This document shows positions 1 through 8,923 of a DNA stretch of 64,000 nucleotides, in pieces (the first letter of the stretch is position 1; the number at the start of each line of letters is the position of its first letter). The notes below the pieces were generated by a model that saw only the letters and a list, made by a program, of their open reading frames with translations, did no database searches and had not been told where the DNA came from. The position numbers and the translations under genes are program-made. The stretch is from positions 143,858 to 207,857 of IMG/VR virus record IMGVR_UViG_3300017987_000001. One strand, written 5' to 3'.

Positions 1-1959
1 GCTACCGGGGGACTGCGCTGCGGGCGCTCCCCGGAAGTAGCCCATGATACTCGAAATCGTGTCGAGAATGTTGCCCGTATCTCGGATTGACTGCGGCTTC
101 GTGCCGAGCAGCATACTCAGCAGATTCTCTCTGAGACCGAACGGCTTCGCGGGCGCCGGGCCGCCCATCCAATGCGGCTTCGCCGGAGAGCCGCCGCCCA
201 TCCACGCAGGCTTCTGTGGTCCGCCACCGCCGAGCAGCCCACCAAGGAACGCCTGCTTCAGCAGCCCAGCCGATTCGTGGACCTTGTCCCAATCGACCGA
301 AGCTGCATGCTCGAAAATGGATTGTAGTATCGTGATCTTCCCGGTCTTGGGGTTCATGTAGATGTCCCCAGCCTCTGGGTTCTCTGGGTCAAGCGGTCCC
401 AATCGAATCGAATCTTCTTCATCGTCATCAAAGCGATGCGCTCCTGCATCGACTGCGCGTTGATCTTCTTTCCACTGCTCTTCATCCTCGTCGGGTTCCT
501 TCTTAGAGAATGGCCAGAGCGCTTCCTTCAACAGGATGCCTGCGTAGTCGGATGCTTTCCTCATGTCTGGATAGTCCTCGTGAATGGAGATCAGTCCGGG
601 CGCGCGGTACGCCCCACTCGGGAACTGACCCTGTGCCTTGATCCGAGCAATCCGACCAAGGAACTCCTCCGGGTTCTTCAGCATTGCCCGCCGAAGATCC
701 TCGGAGAATCCCGTTCCTACTTTACCAACTGCGGGGCCGTCAGGCGAGAGCGAATACTCGAAGCCGCCCGCTCCGACGCCCTCCAACCGCTTCTCGCCGG
801 GGAAGATGTCCTTCACGAACACGTCGTGCTCGTCGTACAGCTTGACCTTCGCGGGCTTGCCGCCCTTCTTCGGCCACGCTACAATGCCCTCATGAGTAAG
901 CGGATCACGCCCACCCTTGACATCCTCCCACAGAGCACGCTGTTCTTCCGGGGTCTCGGCCATTCGTGGGAGATGGAACTTGCCTTCAGGCAGATGCTTG
1001 AGGATTTCGCGGACCTTATCAAGGCGCTCGGCAATCGGGACGTCCATGCCGATGGGCTTCTTGCCGTACTTCAGGATATTGAAGATTGCATTGCGGAGCT
1101 GAACGCCCTGCTCGCGCTGCTTCTTCAGCGATTTGCGCGTCGAGGAGTTAAGAATCCCACCCAGTTCTTGGGGAGGGATGGCACGATCATCACGCGTACC
1201 GTAGAGTTCCCCACGGAGAATTGATCCCACGAGATGCTTGGGGATGTTGAGGCCAGTAGTTCCTCCAACTCGGTAGGTGTGGACAATAGGTCGGCCAGTC
1301 GTTGTCGGCCGGTATGAGAGAACATCGATCTTATCCGAGAATAGCTTGTAGAGGGCTGCTGCTCCATCGATCTTCTCCATGTGGAGGTACTTCTCGTCGA
1401 AGAGCTTCTCCACGTCCTCGGCCGGAACCTTGGCGTACCGAACCTTCTTGTGCTTGATGACCTCCGTGGGCGTCGTGTTGATCATCAGCCACGAGCCGCC
1501 CTGCGTCTTCTTCGTACGCGGCGAGCCGCCGGTGGGCGGTCCGCTCTTGCGTATCATCGTGTACATCTCTGGGTGCTTCTTGTGCGTGACCACGAAGTTG
1601 ATCTTGTTCGGCTCGACCTTCGTGACCAGCACCGTGCCTTTGTCGTGCGTCTTCACCAGCCCCTTGCCGTAGCCCGACGTTATTTCGCCCTCGAAATTCG
1701 CGTAGGCTCCGGTGTGAAGCGGTTGTTGGAATGCTAAAACTTTCTGCCCCGACTCCTCGGGGAGTTTGCGTGATGCCCAACTGAGAAGTGATGGCTTGCC
1801 GCCTAGGTTTGGTCCGAACCGAATATCGTAGTGCGGCCCAGCTCGGTCAGCTAGGTGGCGCTGGATCACATACAGAAGCTCACGGCCCTTCGGGAGATCC
1901 GTAACGCTCCCGAAGCGCCGTGGGTCTGGTAGGCCCGGCGCGAACTCAGTCTTGGCCAC
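1..1959 (-). CDS. LigD-type 3'-phosphoesterase + ATP-dependent DNA ligase fusion with C-terminal extension (3' end outside window)
   Basis: Hand translation, open from GTG 1959 (AGGAG upstream) to base 1. PE motifs IQRHLADRAGPHYDIRF, SWASRKLP and YANFEGEITSGYGKG. Ligase motifs EKIDG, GELY, EGIV, KVK and OB-fold VGTGFS. Confidence 0.85.
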   Translation of the reverse strand, partial: MAKTEFAPGLPDPRRFGSVTDLPKGRELLYVIQRHLADRAGPHYDIRFGPNLGGKPSLLSWASRKLPEESGQKVLAFQQPLHTGAYANFEGEITSGYGKGLVKTHDKGTVLVTKVEPNKINFVVTHKKHPEMYTMIRKSGPPTGGSPRTKKTQGGSWLMINTTPTEVIKHKKVRYAKVPAEDVEKLFDEKYLHMEKIDGAAALYKLFSDKIDVLSYRPTTTGRPIVHTYRVGGTTGLNIPKHLVGSILRGELYGTRDDRAIPPQELGGILNSSTRKSLKKQREQGVQLRNAIFNILKYGKKPIGMDVPIAERLDKVREILKHLPEGKFHLPRMAETPEEQRALWEDVKGGRDPLTHEGIVAWPKKGGKPAKVKLYDEHDVFVKDIFPGEKRLEGVGAGGFEYSLSPDGPAVGKVGTGFSEDLRRAMLKNPEEFLGRIARIKAQGQFPSGAYRAPGLISIHEDYPDMRKASDYAGILLKEALWPFSKKEPDEDEEQWKEDQRAVDAGAHRFDDDEEDSIRLGPLDPENPEAGDIYMNPKTGKITILQSIFEHAASVDWDKVHESAGLLKQAFLGGLLGGGGPQKPAWMGGGSPAKPHWMGGPAPAKPFGLRENLLSMLLGTKPQSIRDTGNILDTISSIMGYFRGAPAAQSPGS

Positions 1960-1985
1960 TGCAGGCTCCTGTCAAAGCCCGTGCA

Positions 1986-2555
1986 TTATAGACGAGTGCC
2001 GCGAATCAGGCAATATACATCGCGGTTCTTGTCGACGTGGTCGATGTCGCTCCAGATGGGGTTGCCTATCCCGAGATCGGACAGGAATGACTCCTCTCGG
2101 GCCACGGACTCCTTGTTCATCGTGACGATCGTACCTCCGACAGCCGTCACGCGCGCCAGCTCTCGTGAGACGGTCTCCCGGTCCTTCGCCGCATTGATGC
2201 TCTGCATCGTCATGATGTCGACCACGAGATCGAACGTGCCGTCGTCGAAGGGCAGCTGGAATGTGTTCAGCGTGACGGGCGTCACGGTCTTGCGGTTGTT
2301 GGCCGCTCTGCCCACCCAATCGCCGAAGAGATCCGCTGCCCACACGTGCCCGCACTTCGATGCGATCTGCTGCGTGAACCGCCCGTAGCCACAACCGAAG
2401 TCGAGACCGTGCGTGTAGAAGCCCGTGAGCACCTTCGTCAGCTCGGCCCCAATGATGGTGCCCTGCCGCACGTGATCCTCACCCACGTGGCCCACGCACT
2501 TGTCGCCGAAGCGCTTCTTGCGATCGGTCCAGTATTTCAGCGTGTCGGAGAACAT
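1986..2555 (-). CDS. class I SAM-dependent methyltransferase
   Basis: LDFGCGYGR SAM motif; LPFDDGTFDLVV. Confidence 0.85.
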   Translation of the reverse strand: MFSDTLKYWTDRKKRFGDKCVGHVGEDHVRQGTIIGAELTKVLTGFYTHGLDFGCGYGRFTQQIASKCGHVWAADLFGDWVGRAANNRKTVTPVTLNTFQLPFDDGTFDLVVDIMTMQSINAAKDRETVSRELARVTAVGGTIVTMNKESVAREESFLSDLGIGNPIWSDIDHVDKNRDVYCLIRGTRL

Positions 2556-2556
2556 G

Positions 2557-3486
2557 TTAGTCCTCGGAGATCGTAGGATATACGTACCACTGAATGGTCT
2601 TGTGCAGCCCTTCGAGCAACTTCATCTTCGGCTCGAACTTGAGTGCTTCGCGCATCTTCGTCACGTCGAGCACCTTGCGCGCCGCGCCGTTGGGCTTCTC
2701 CGTATCCCAGACGACCTCGCCCTTGTATCCGGTCAGCTTGACGATCTTCTCCGTCAGTTCCTTGACCGTCGTGCCGATACCGGTGCCGATGTTGATCGTA
2801 CCCATCGCCAGCTTCTCGTAGGCGAGGAAGATGGCATCGGCAGCGTCGTCGACGTACATGAACTCACGGATCGGGCTTCCATCTCCCCAGCACTTCACAC
2901 TGGGCTTGTCCTCCTGTACGGCTTCAATGAAGCGCGCGATGAGCGCACCGACGACATGCGAGCGGTAGATCGTGAAGTCGTCGTGCGGGCCGTAGAGATT
3001 CGTGAGGATGGCCTGCCCGCCCATGATGCCGTGCTGCTTGCGATACTGCCGCTGGCAGACCAGATGGATGCGCTTGGTCATGCCATAACCCTCGACGGAC
3101 TCATGGCACGGCCCAGCTTCGAGATTCTCCTCGACGAGGTCTTCCCCCACGTCGCCCGGGTAGGCGCACGCTGAGCCGACAGAGAAGACCTTCTTGATCT
3201 TCATGCGCGCGGCAGCCTCCCACACGTTCAGCGCCATGATCGAGTTGATGTGGAACATATCGGCAGGCTGGTACATGTTGATGCCGATGCCGCCGTAATA
3301 GGCTGCCGAGTGAAGGATACCGTCGACGTGCTCGTGCCGCTGCAGGTAGCGGCAGACACTGTTGAGGTCCATCAGATCCATCTCGGTCGAACGCGGCGCA
3401 AGAACCTCGATGTGCTTCTCCTGTCTGAAGCGACGCACGAGCTTCTGTCCCAGAAAGCCTGACCCGCCAGTGATCAGAATAACCAT
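2557..3486 (-). CDS. fcl: GDP-L-fucose synthase-like epimerase/reductase
   Basis: ITGGSGFLG, HSAAYYGGIG, GSACAYP, YGMTK, NLYGPHD, WGDGSPIREFMYVDD. Confidence 0.85.
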   Translation of the reverse strand: MVILITGGSGFLGQKLVRRFRQEKHIEVLAPRSTEMDLMDLNSVCRYLQRHEHVDGILHSAAYYGGIGINMYQPADMFHINSIMALNVWEAAARMKIKKVFSVGSACAYPGDVGEDLVEENLEAGPCHESVEGYGMTKRIHLVCQRQYRKQHGIMGGQAILTNLYGPHDDFTIYRSHVVGALIARFIEAVQEDKPSVKCWGDGSPIREFMYVDDAADAIFLAYEKLAMGTINIGTGIGTTVKELTEKIVKLTGYKGEVVWDTEKPNGAARKVLDVTKMREALKFEPKMKLLEGLHKTIQWYVYPTISED

Positions 3487-4103
3487 CAGTTCCTCCTCGT
3501 GAAGATCGCATCACCCCAGAAGTCGGGGGTCGACCCCGGCTGGAAGTGACGCAGTGTGAATCCCTGCTCGTTCATGTACTTCTCGATCTCGGGCAGCAGC
3601 TTCGTGCCTTTGTACAGCGGCTTGAGCCACGCCTCACAGATGACCAGCTTGCAGTTCTCCAGCGTCTTGAGCGCTCCAAGCAGCACCTCGTAGTCGTGTC
3701 CCTGCACGTCCGTGACCATGACGTCGATAGGCGGCAAATTCAGCATGTCGATCGCCACTACTGCCACAGGGATCGTCGTATGGGTGCGTATCGACCGAAA
3801 TCGCTTCTTCGCTATGTCCTTGTCCAGCGGGTGAAGCGACGAGCATTCGAGCGGGACCGTCGAGTACCACGGCCGAACGCCTGCCCGATCCGACACGATC
3901 TTCTGCAGGCATACGACATCCGGGTACTTCTCGCCGATCACCTCGGCGTTCGACGAGTCGCCCTCGACGCACACGATCTTCGCGTTCCACTGACGGTACG
4001 CTTCGATCTCCTGCCCGATACCAGCGCCTACGTGAAGAATCGTAGGTTCGTCTTCCGGCTGGATCTCTGCCAGCCGCATCCCGATGTCGATCAACGCTGG
4101 CAC
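3486..4103 (-). CDS. FkbM-family methyltransferase
   Basis: LHVGAGIGQE, VEGD, TDVQGHDYEVLLG; start taken as GTG 4103 after GAGGGAAG. Confidence 0.75.
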   Translation of the reverse strand: MPALIDIGMRLAEIQPEDEPTILHVGAGIGQEIEAYRQWNAKIVCVEGDSSNAEVIGEKYPDVVCLQKIVSDRAGVRPWYSTVPLECSSLHPLDKDIAKKRFRSIRTHTTIPVAVVAIDMLNLPPIDVMVTDVQGHDYEVLLGALKTLENCKLVICEAWLKPLYKGTKLLPEIEKYMNEQGFTLRHFQPGSTPDFWGDAIFTRRN

Positions 4104-4879
4104 AACTTCCCTTCGATCAGATAGTGCCATCCGAAGAGCCTTTCGAGTGCACGGAACAGGTGATGAGGCATCCACCGCCATGGCAATGCCTGCCTGTACT
4201 CGTGCCGGACGTACTCCGGGATGCTCCACGAGAAGATATGTTCCTTGCGTGCGCTCGTCAGCTCGAAGTGCGGTTCGAGCAGCTTGCGTACCCCGCGCTT
4301 CGTGTAGGTGTACGCTACAGGAACGCCGGGCTGGGCCTCGCACGTTACGCTGCTGATGAGCATCTGCAGCGACTTGATCGAGTACTTGGCGTACAGCATG
4401 AGCTTCAGCACGGTGTCAGGACCGGCGAAGTTCGCCAGCTCCTGCATCGCACGATCCGGACTCGGCGTGTGGTGAATCACTCCGAACGAGTAGATGAGAT
4501 CGTACGGATACGGATCGACGGTCCGGCTCAGCTCCTCGCAGTTCGCCTGCTTGAGCACCACACGATCCTCAAGACCGTACGCCTTCACGCGCTTCTCGGT
4601 GAGTTTCAGGCTCTCCGTGGAGAGATCGACGGCAGTCACGTATGCACCGGCTCGCGCGAAGCTGACGGTGTCAGTGCCAATGCCGCAGCCGATCTCCAGT
4701 ACGTAGCGATCCTTCCATCTCGGGAATTCGGCGAACGTGGGAATGTGCGGCTCGACGAAGTACTTGCGCTTCTCGACCTGATCGAAGTACTCACGCGTCC
4801 CGACGGGGGCCGTGCCGTGTCGGATGTTGCACGGGCGCGCGTCCCAGAACTTCTGGACCTCCTCGATGGTTGCGGTCAT
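4091..4879 (-). CDS. class I SAM-dependent methyltransferase
   Basis: VLEIGCGIG, VDLS, YDLIYSFGVIHHTP; ATGA overlap with upstream gene. Confidence 0.85.
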   Translation of the reverse strand: MTATIEEVQKFWDARPCNIRHGTAPVGTREYFDQVEKRKYFVEPHIPTFAEFPRWKDRYVLEIGCGIGTDTVSFARAGAYVTAVDLSTESLKLTEKRVKAYGLEDRVVLKQANCEELSRTVDPYPYDLIYSFGVIHHTPSPDRAMQELANFAGPDTVLKLMLYAKYSIKSLQMLISSVTCEAQPGVPVAYTYTKRGVRKLLEPHFELTSARKEHIFSWSIPEYVRHEYRQALPWRWMPHHLFRALERLFGWHYLIEGKLCQR

Positions 4880-5655
4880 ACGAACTTCCACCTTCCGCCT
4901 GTCGCCCCAGCCTTCTGCTTGCTGGGCTTGTAGATGCCCATGTTGTGCTTCACGGCCGGATGCTCGTAGATCGAGCGCTTTACCTTCGCACCGAGCTGAC
5001 GATACGTGTGAGCGGGGTGCAGGATCTTCGGGTTCTTCAGCGTACAGATCGGCGTGCGCGAGCGGTTGAGCGCTACCCAATGCAGCCAGTTGTCCCACGC
5101 CGCCGCACCCATCACGTAGTCGGGCATGTACTCCAGCATCTGGAGCGCGAACTTCTTGGTGAATGCGAAGTAGTCACTGCCGCCCGTGCGGTGCGCCTTG
5201 ATGTCCTTACGCTGCCACAGCGCCTTGTAGCTCGGCTCGTCTACGGCTGGCCTATCGAGGTTGATGTCGTAGCGAATACCAACGACGAACGGATTGGGGT
5301 TCTTGAACAGCAGCGATCCGAGCTTCGGGTGGAACTTCGGGCATACGATGATGTCGGAGTTGATGAGGCACATGTACTGCGTCGTCGTGTGCTCCGCAGC
5401 GACAGCGATCAGCGAGCGCAGCATCGGATGCGTGGTTTCCAGCCCCTGATCGCACGCGAGCTTGACCTCGGGGATGTACTTGAAGCCGTGCTTCTCGCAG
5501 AACTCCTTCACGCCCTTATCGCGGCCGAGCGCGAGAATCGGGTTCGTATCCATCTTCTCGCGCTTCCACGAGTAGACGGCACTGCGCTGACCAATGTCGT
5601 CGGTCGCATCGCCGATCTCCTTGAAGGTCGTGAAGAAGGTGACGTTACTTTCCAT
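4876..5655 (-). CDS. glycosyltransferase-like protein (GT-A fold, DxD-like)
   Basis: CLINSDII, GGSDYFAF and WDNW segments; cluster context. Confidence 0.5.
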   Translation of the reverse strand: MESNVTFFTTFKEIGDATDDIGQRSAVYSWKREKMDTNPILALGRDKGVKEFCEKHGFKYIPEVKLACDQGLETTHPMLRSLIAVAAEHTTTQYMCLINSDIIVCPKFHPKLGSLLFKNPNPFVVGIRYDINLDRPAVDEPSYKALWQRKDIKAHRTGGSDYFAFTKKFALQMLEYMPDYVMGAAAWDNWLHWVALNRSRTPICTLKNPKILHPAHTYRQLGAKVKRSIYEHPAVKHNMGIYKPSKQKAGATGGRWKFV

Positions 5656-6562
5656 AGACTTCCCTCAGCCTCTCGTCTGCCAGTCGAAGGTAGCGATTGT
5701 TCTGGAGATACTCCGTCAGCTGCTTGCCGAGCTTGTGGCGAGGGAGCACCTTGATGACGGTGGCGTTCGCGGCGCGAGAGCGCTTCTTCTGCGTGTCGCC
5801 GAGAACGTTGGTCTGCTCGAAGAAGAACTTCCACCCATCGGAGAACCGAATGCCGAGCTTGTTGCACAGGTTCTGCAGGAAGGCATCCGGGTCGCGACAG
5901 AAGTGCTCGTAGCGCACGATCGGGATCTTGTGCTGGATGAGCTTGTCGACGTAGACGAGATACGCCTTCGCGTACCGGTTGGCCTTACTGAACTGACGAT
6001 CGGACCAGCCGTGGAATTTCGCAAAAGATAGTGCACAGTCGACCGCGTTGCGTACATAGGCTACTGTACGCGGACCGTTCCCGAGCAGCACGTGTGTGCG
6101 AAGATCCTTGTGGGTTCGCCCACCATTGAAGTCGGTGGTATAGAAGCTGTTGATCGTCCAGTCGCGTACGACTACCGCGCGGTTCTCTCGCTCCGCCCAC
6201 ACGCGATCGAGATGATCGACGCAGGAGAGCCATGGCGTGCCCTTGGGGATATCGACATTGAACCAGTTGCGCGCCTGCCAGTGCGCGGAGTGAATGCCTG
6301 TGTGGATACTCGGATGAACCTCTGAGAGCACGGCATGACCCATCGCAAGCAGGCACCTGTTCAGCACCGTAGCGCCGGTGCGCGCCCACGCGTAGATGAG
6401 CGGCACGTTGACACGAATATGCGGTTCGGGAGCCTTGAGAACGGTAGGCGCTCTCGGCTTGGCCTTTCGCCTGCGCTCGTCGAGCGCACGCTGCCGCGCC
6501 CGCGAAATTGCGGCTGCGCGGGGATTCTGGTTTGCTCTATCGCCTTTGTATGCCCGGCTCAT
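5645..6562 (-). CDS. sulfotransferase-family protein
   Basis: 5'-PSB-like WARTGATVLNRCL, 3'-PB-like YVRNAVDCALS, VRYEHFCRDP...LCNKLGI. Confidence 0.75.
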   Translation of the reverse strand: MSRAYKGDRANQNPRAAAISRARQRALDERRRKAKPRAPTVLKAPEPHIRVNVPLIYAWARTGATVLNRCLLAMGHAVLSEVHPSIHTGIHSAHWQARNWFNVDIPKGTPWLSCVDHLDRVWAERENRAVVVRDWTINSFYTTDFNGGRTHKDLRTHVLLGNGPRTVAYVRNAVDCALSFAKFHGWSDRQFSKANRYAKAYLVYVDKLIQHKIPIVRYEHFCRDPDAFLQNLCNKLGIRFSDGWKFFFEQTNVLGDTQKKRSRAANATVIKVLPRHKLGKQLTEYLQNNRYLRLADERLREVYGK

Positions 6563-6565
6563 GAC

Positions 6566-7216
6566 TCACCGCTTCAGAAGGTAGTTCTCGCCGTCGTAGA
6601 CCTCGGGGTCAGAATAGCCACGTGCGGCCAACCACTTCAGCGCATCCTCGGCACTCTGGCCCCGCTTCCCCAACGCATGATTCAGCTCGACCATGACGTA
6701 GGGATTGAGATGCTCCAGTGTCGACTCGGCGCCCTGCAGCACCTCAAAGTCATATGAATCCACATCGATCTTGATTGCATCAACGTGATGGAGATTCTCG
6801 CGATCAATGAAGTCGTCGATCGTGACGAACGTATACTCTTGGAACTCGGGCGCCTGTCCCCAGACCTTGAAGATGCCATCCTCGATCTTGCCGCTCTTCG
6901 CACCCATCGCGCAGCGCCAGCAGTCGACATTGTCGCCGCACTGATCCTTCGTCTGATTGTGCTTCACGTTCTCCATGAGCATAGCGAACGTCTCGGTCGG
7001 CTCGATGGCCAGCACGTGACCCTTCGGTGCGAGCTGGGAGAAGAGGAGCGTGTAGTAGCCGATGTTCGCACCCACATCGATGATGGTCCAGTCTTCCTTC
7101 ACGTGCTGGACGAACCACTTCTTCGTCTGCATCTCGCAGTTCGGGTAATAGTTCGCGAACTGTGGATAGAATGCGATCAGCTCGATGGGGTCTCTGCCGG
7201 GAATGTTCGTGTGCAT
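6566..7216 (-). CDS. FkbM-family methyltransferase
   Basis: IDVGANIGYY, AIEP, IKIDVDSYDFEVLQGA; TAATG overlap at 7216. Confidence 0.9.
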   Translation of the reverse strand: MHTNIPGRDPIELIAFYPQFANYYPNCEMQTKKWFVQHVKEDWTIIDVGANIGYYTLLFSQLAPKGHVLAIEPTETFAMLMENVKHNQTKDQCGDNVDCWRCAMGAKSGKIEDGIFKVWGQAPEFQEYTFVTIDDFIDRENLHHVDAIKIDVDSYDFEVLQGAESTLEHLNPYVMVELNHALGKRGQSAEDALKWLAARGYSDPEVYDGENYLLKR

Positions 7217-8259
7217 TATGATGGCCTCGATGGTCCGGGTCGGAGGGTGCGAGCAATCGGAGGCGGCTGCGTGCGCTGCCTCTTGGGGCTTGGCTTCAAT
7301 GCACGCTGAGGCGTGGGCGGCTGGATACGCTTGCGCGGCGTCACCGCCTTCGAGACCCCCACAGGGGTCGGATGCTTCGGAAGCGGCGGGATCTCGCGCA
7401 TCTTCGGTGCGGGTACGAGCATGTCGAAGCCCATAACCTTCGTCGTCTGCACGTGTCCCAGCCCCCAGCGTCGCCGATCGTTGGTATACGGCATCCACAG
7501 CTCGGGGTTGTATTCCGGCCCCCACGGTGGATCCTGCGGGAGCCGCTTGTGATTCACATACGACGACTTATGCCACAGATGGTAGCAGCTGCCCGTCGCT
7601 ACGATCTTGCCCTTCAGCTTGATCACCTGAGAGCACAGCCGATGGTCCTTGTGGATTTTCGCCCAGCGGATCGTCTCATCGTAACCGAGCAACGCCTTCC
7701 AGTAGGATACGAGCGCCATCTGGAAGTCCCCCGCGCCCTGCGTGTACGCAGGAGGCACCGACTTCCAGTTCTTCACGACGATGTCCGGACTGGTCAGCTC
7801 CTCCGCGCGCTCGTAGACACGGTCGGACTTGATATCGGTCCGATGCACTGTGCGATAGAGCGTGCGAGGCTGGCAGCCCTGCCATCCGGCAAGCAATTCC
7901 ACGGTATCGGGGCCGAAGAGAATATCAGCGTTCGTGCACAGCGCAACCTTCGCAGTGCTGCGCCTGAGCGCGACGTTCTTGGCGAAGAACTCCATGATGA
8001 CCATCTTCGGATTGTCGCACACCATCGAGTGCCACTCGGGGCCAACGACGTACGCCTTGGAGTTCGGAACCTCGTTGATGTAGCGATGAGCCAGCGTGCC
8101 GAGCTTGTCGTGCGGCGAGTTCCACTCGACGAACGTGAACTGGAAGTCCACGTCCGCCTCAGCGAGTGCTCGCGCATTGAACTGTGAGGCATAGATCAAC
8201 CGACCGCCGAAGTCACCGGTGTGGTTGTCCGCCCGCCCGACAACGATGATCTCAAGCAT
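7216..8259 (-). CDS. glycosyltransferase family 2-like protein with Pro/Lys/Arg-rich tail
   Basis: FVEWNS, NVALRR, CTNADILF, GDFQM...GYDE. Confidence 0.55.
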   Translation of the reverse strand: MLEIIVVGRADNHTGDFGGRLIYASQFNARALAEADVDFQFTFVEWNSPHDKLGTLAHRYINEVPNSKAYVVGPEWHSMVCDNPKMVIMEFFAKNVALRRSTAKVALCTNADILFGPDTVELLAGWQGCQPRTLYRTVHRTDIKSDRVYERAEELTSPDIVVKNWKSVPPAYTQGAGDFQMALVSYWKALLGYDETIRWAKIHKDHRLCSQVIKLKGKIVATGSCYHLWHKSSYVNHKRLPQDPPWGPEYNPELWMPYTNDRRRWGLGHVQTTKVMGFDMLVPAPKMREIPPLPKHPTPVGVSKAVTPRKRIQPPTPQRALKPSPKRQRTQPPPIARTLRPGPSRPS

Positions 8260-8923
8260 CTTTGTTCAGTACCAGTTCCAGCCACTCCATCTCCGCTTCG
8301 GGGAGCGGCATCTGCGTGCCACGGCGCTTCACGAGTGTGATACCGGGGATGCTACGCTTCGGCACGTACTTCATCTTCGGCTGATTCCACTGCGTCCCAA
8401 ACGGATAACGATCAAAGCCCATCACGTCAAACTGATCCGTCGAGCGAATCTCCTCGACAAGCTTACGTACGCCTGCCATCTGCGTGCTGTCGTGCATGAT
8501 CCAGAAGTCGGTCAGCTTCTGCGCTCCCAGCCAGTCAGCCTTCGAGCCTTCGTAGGAGTGATCGCCGTCGATGAAGCACAGTCCGAAGCGGTGGCCATCC
8601 TCCGTAAGCTCCTGCAATGCATTCTGACTGTAGTCATTCATGATGTGAAGAAACTTCTCCGGGGCGTGCTGAACTTCCCAATTCTTCTTTATGTAGGGAA
8701 TACACGCCGGATTCTTCTCGATCGTGACGATGTGCACGTTCTTCGTCGTGTTGGTCGCCGATGCGCCCTTCCAGAGCGACAGCGTGCCCAGCCCCATATT
8801 CGCACCGATCTCAAGGATGCGCTTCGGCCGCAGGAGTGCTGCGATGCCGTAGAGGAAGTAGTACTCCTCGATGAGGCACGACTCCGAGAACGTCAGTCCT
8901 TCACACTTAATGGCTTGCAGCAT
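8252..8923 (-). CDS. class I SAM methyltransferase (Methyltransf_24-like)
   Basis: ILEIGANMGLGT, CFIDGDHSYEG, IMHD. Confidence 0.85.
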   Translation of the reverse strand: MLQAIKCEGLTFSESCLIEEYYFLYGIAALLRPKRILEIGANMGLGTLSLWKGASATNTTKNVHIVTIEKNPACIPYIKKNWEVQHAPEKFLHIMNDYSQNALQELTEDGHRFGLCFIDGDHSYEGSKADWLGAQKLTDFWIMHDSTQMAGVRKLVEEIRSTDQFDVMGFDRYPFGTQWNQPKMKYVPKRSIPGITLVKRRGTQMPLPEAEMEWLELVLNKDA

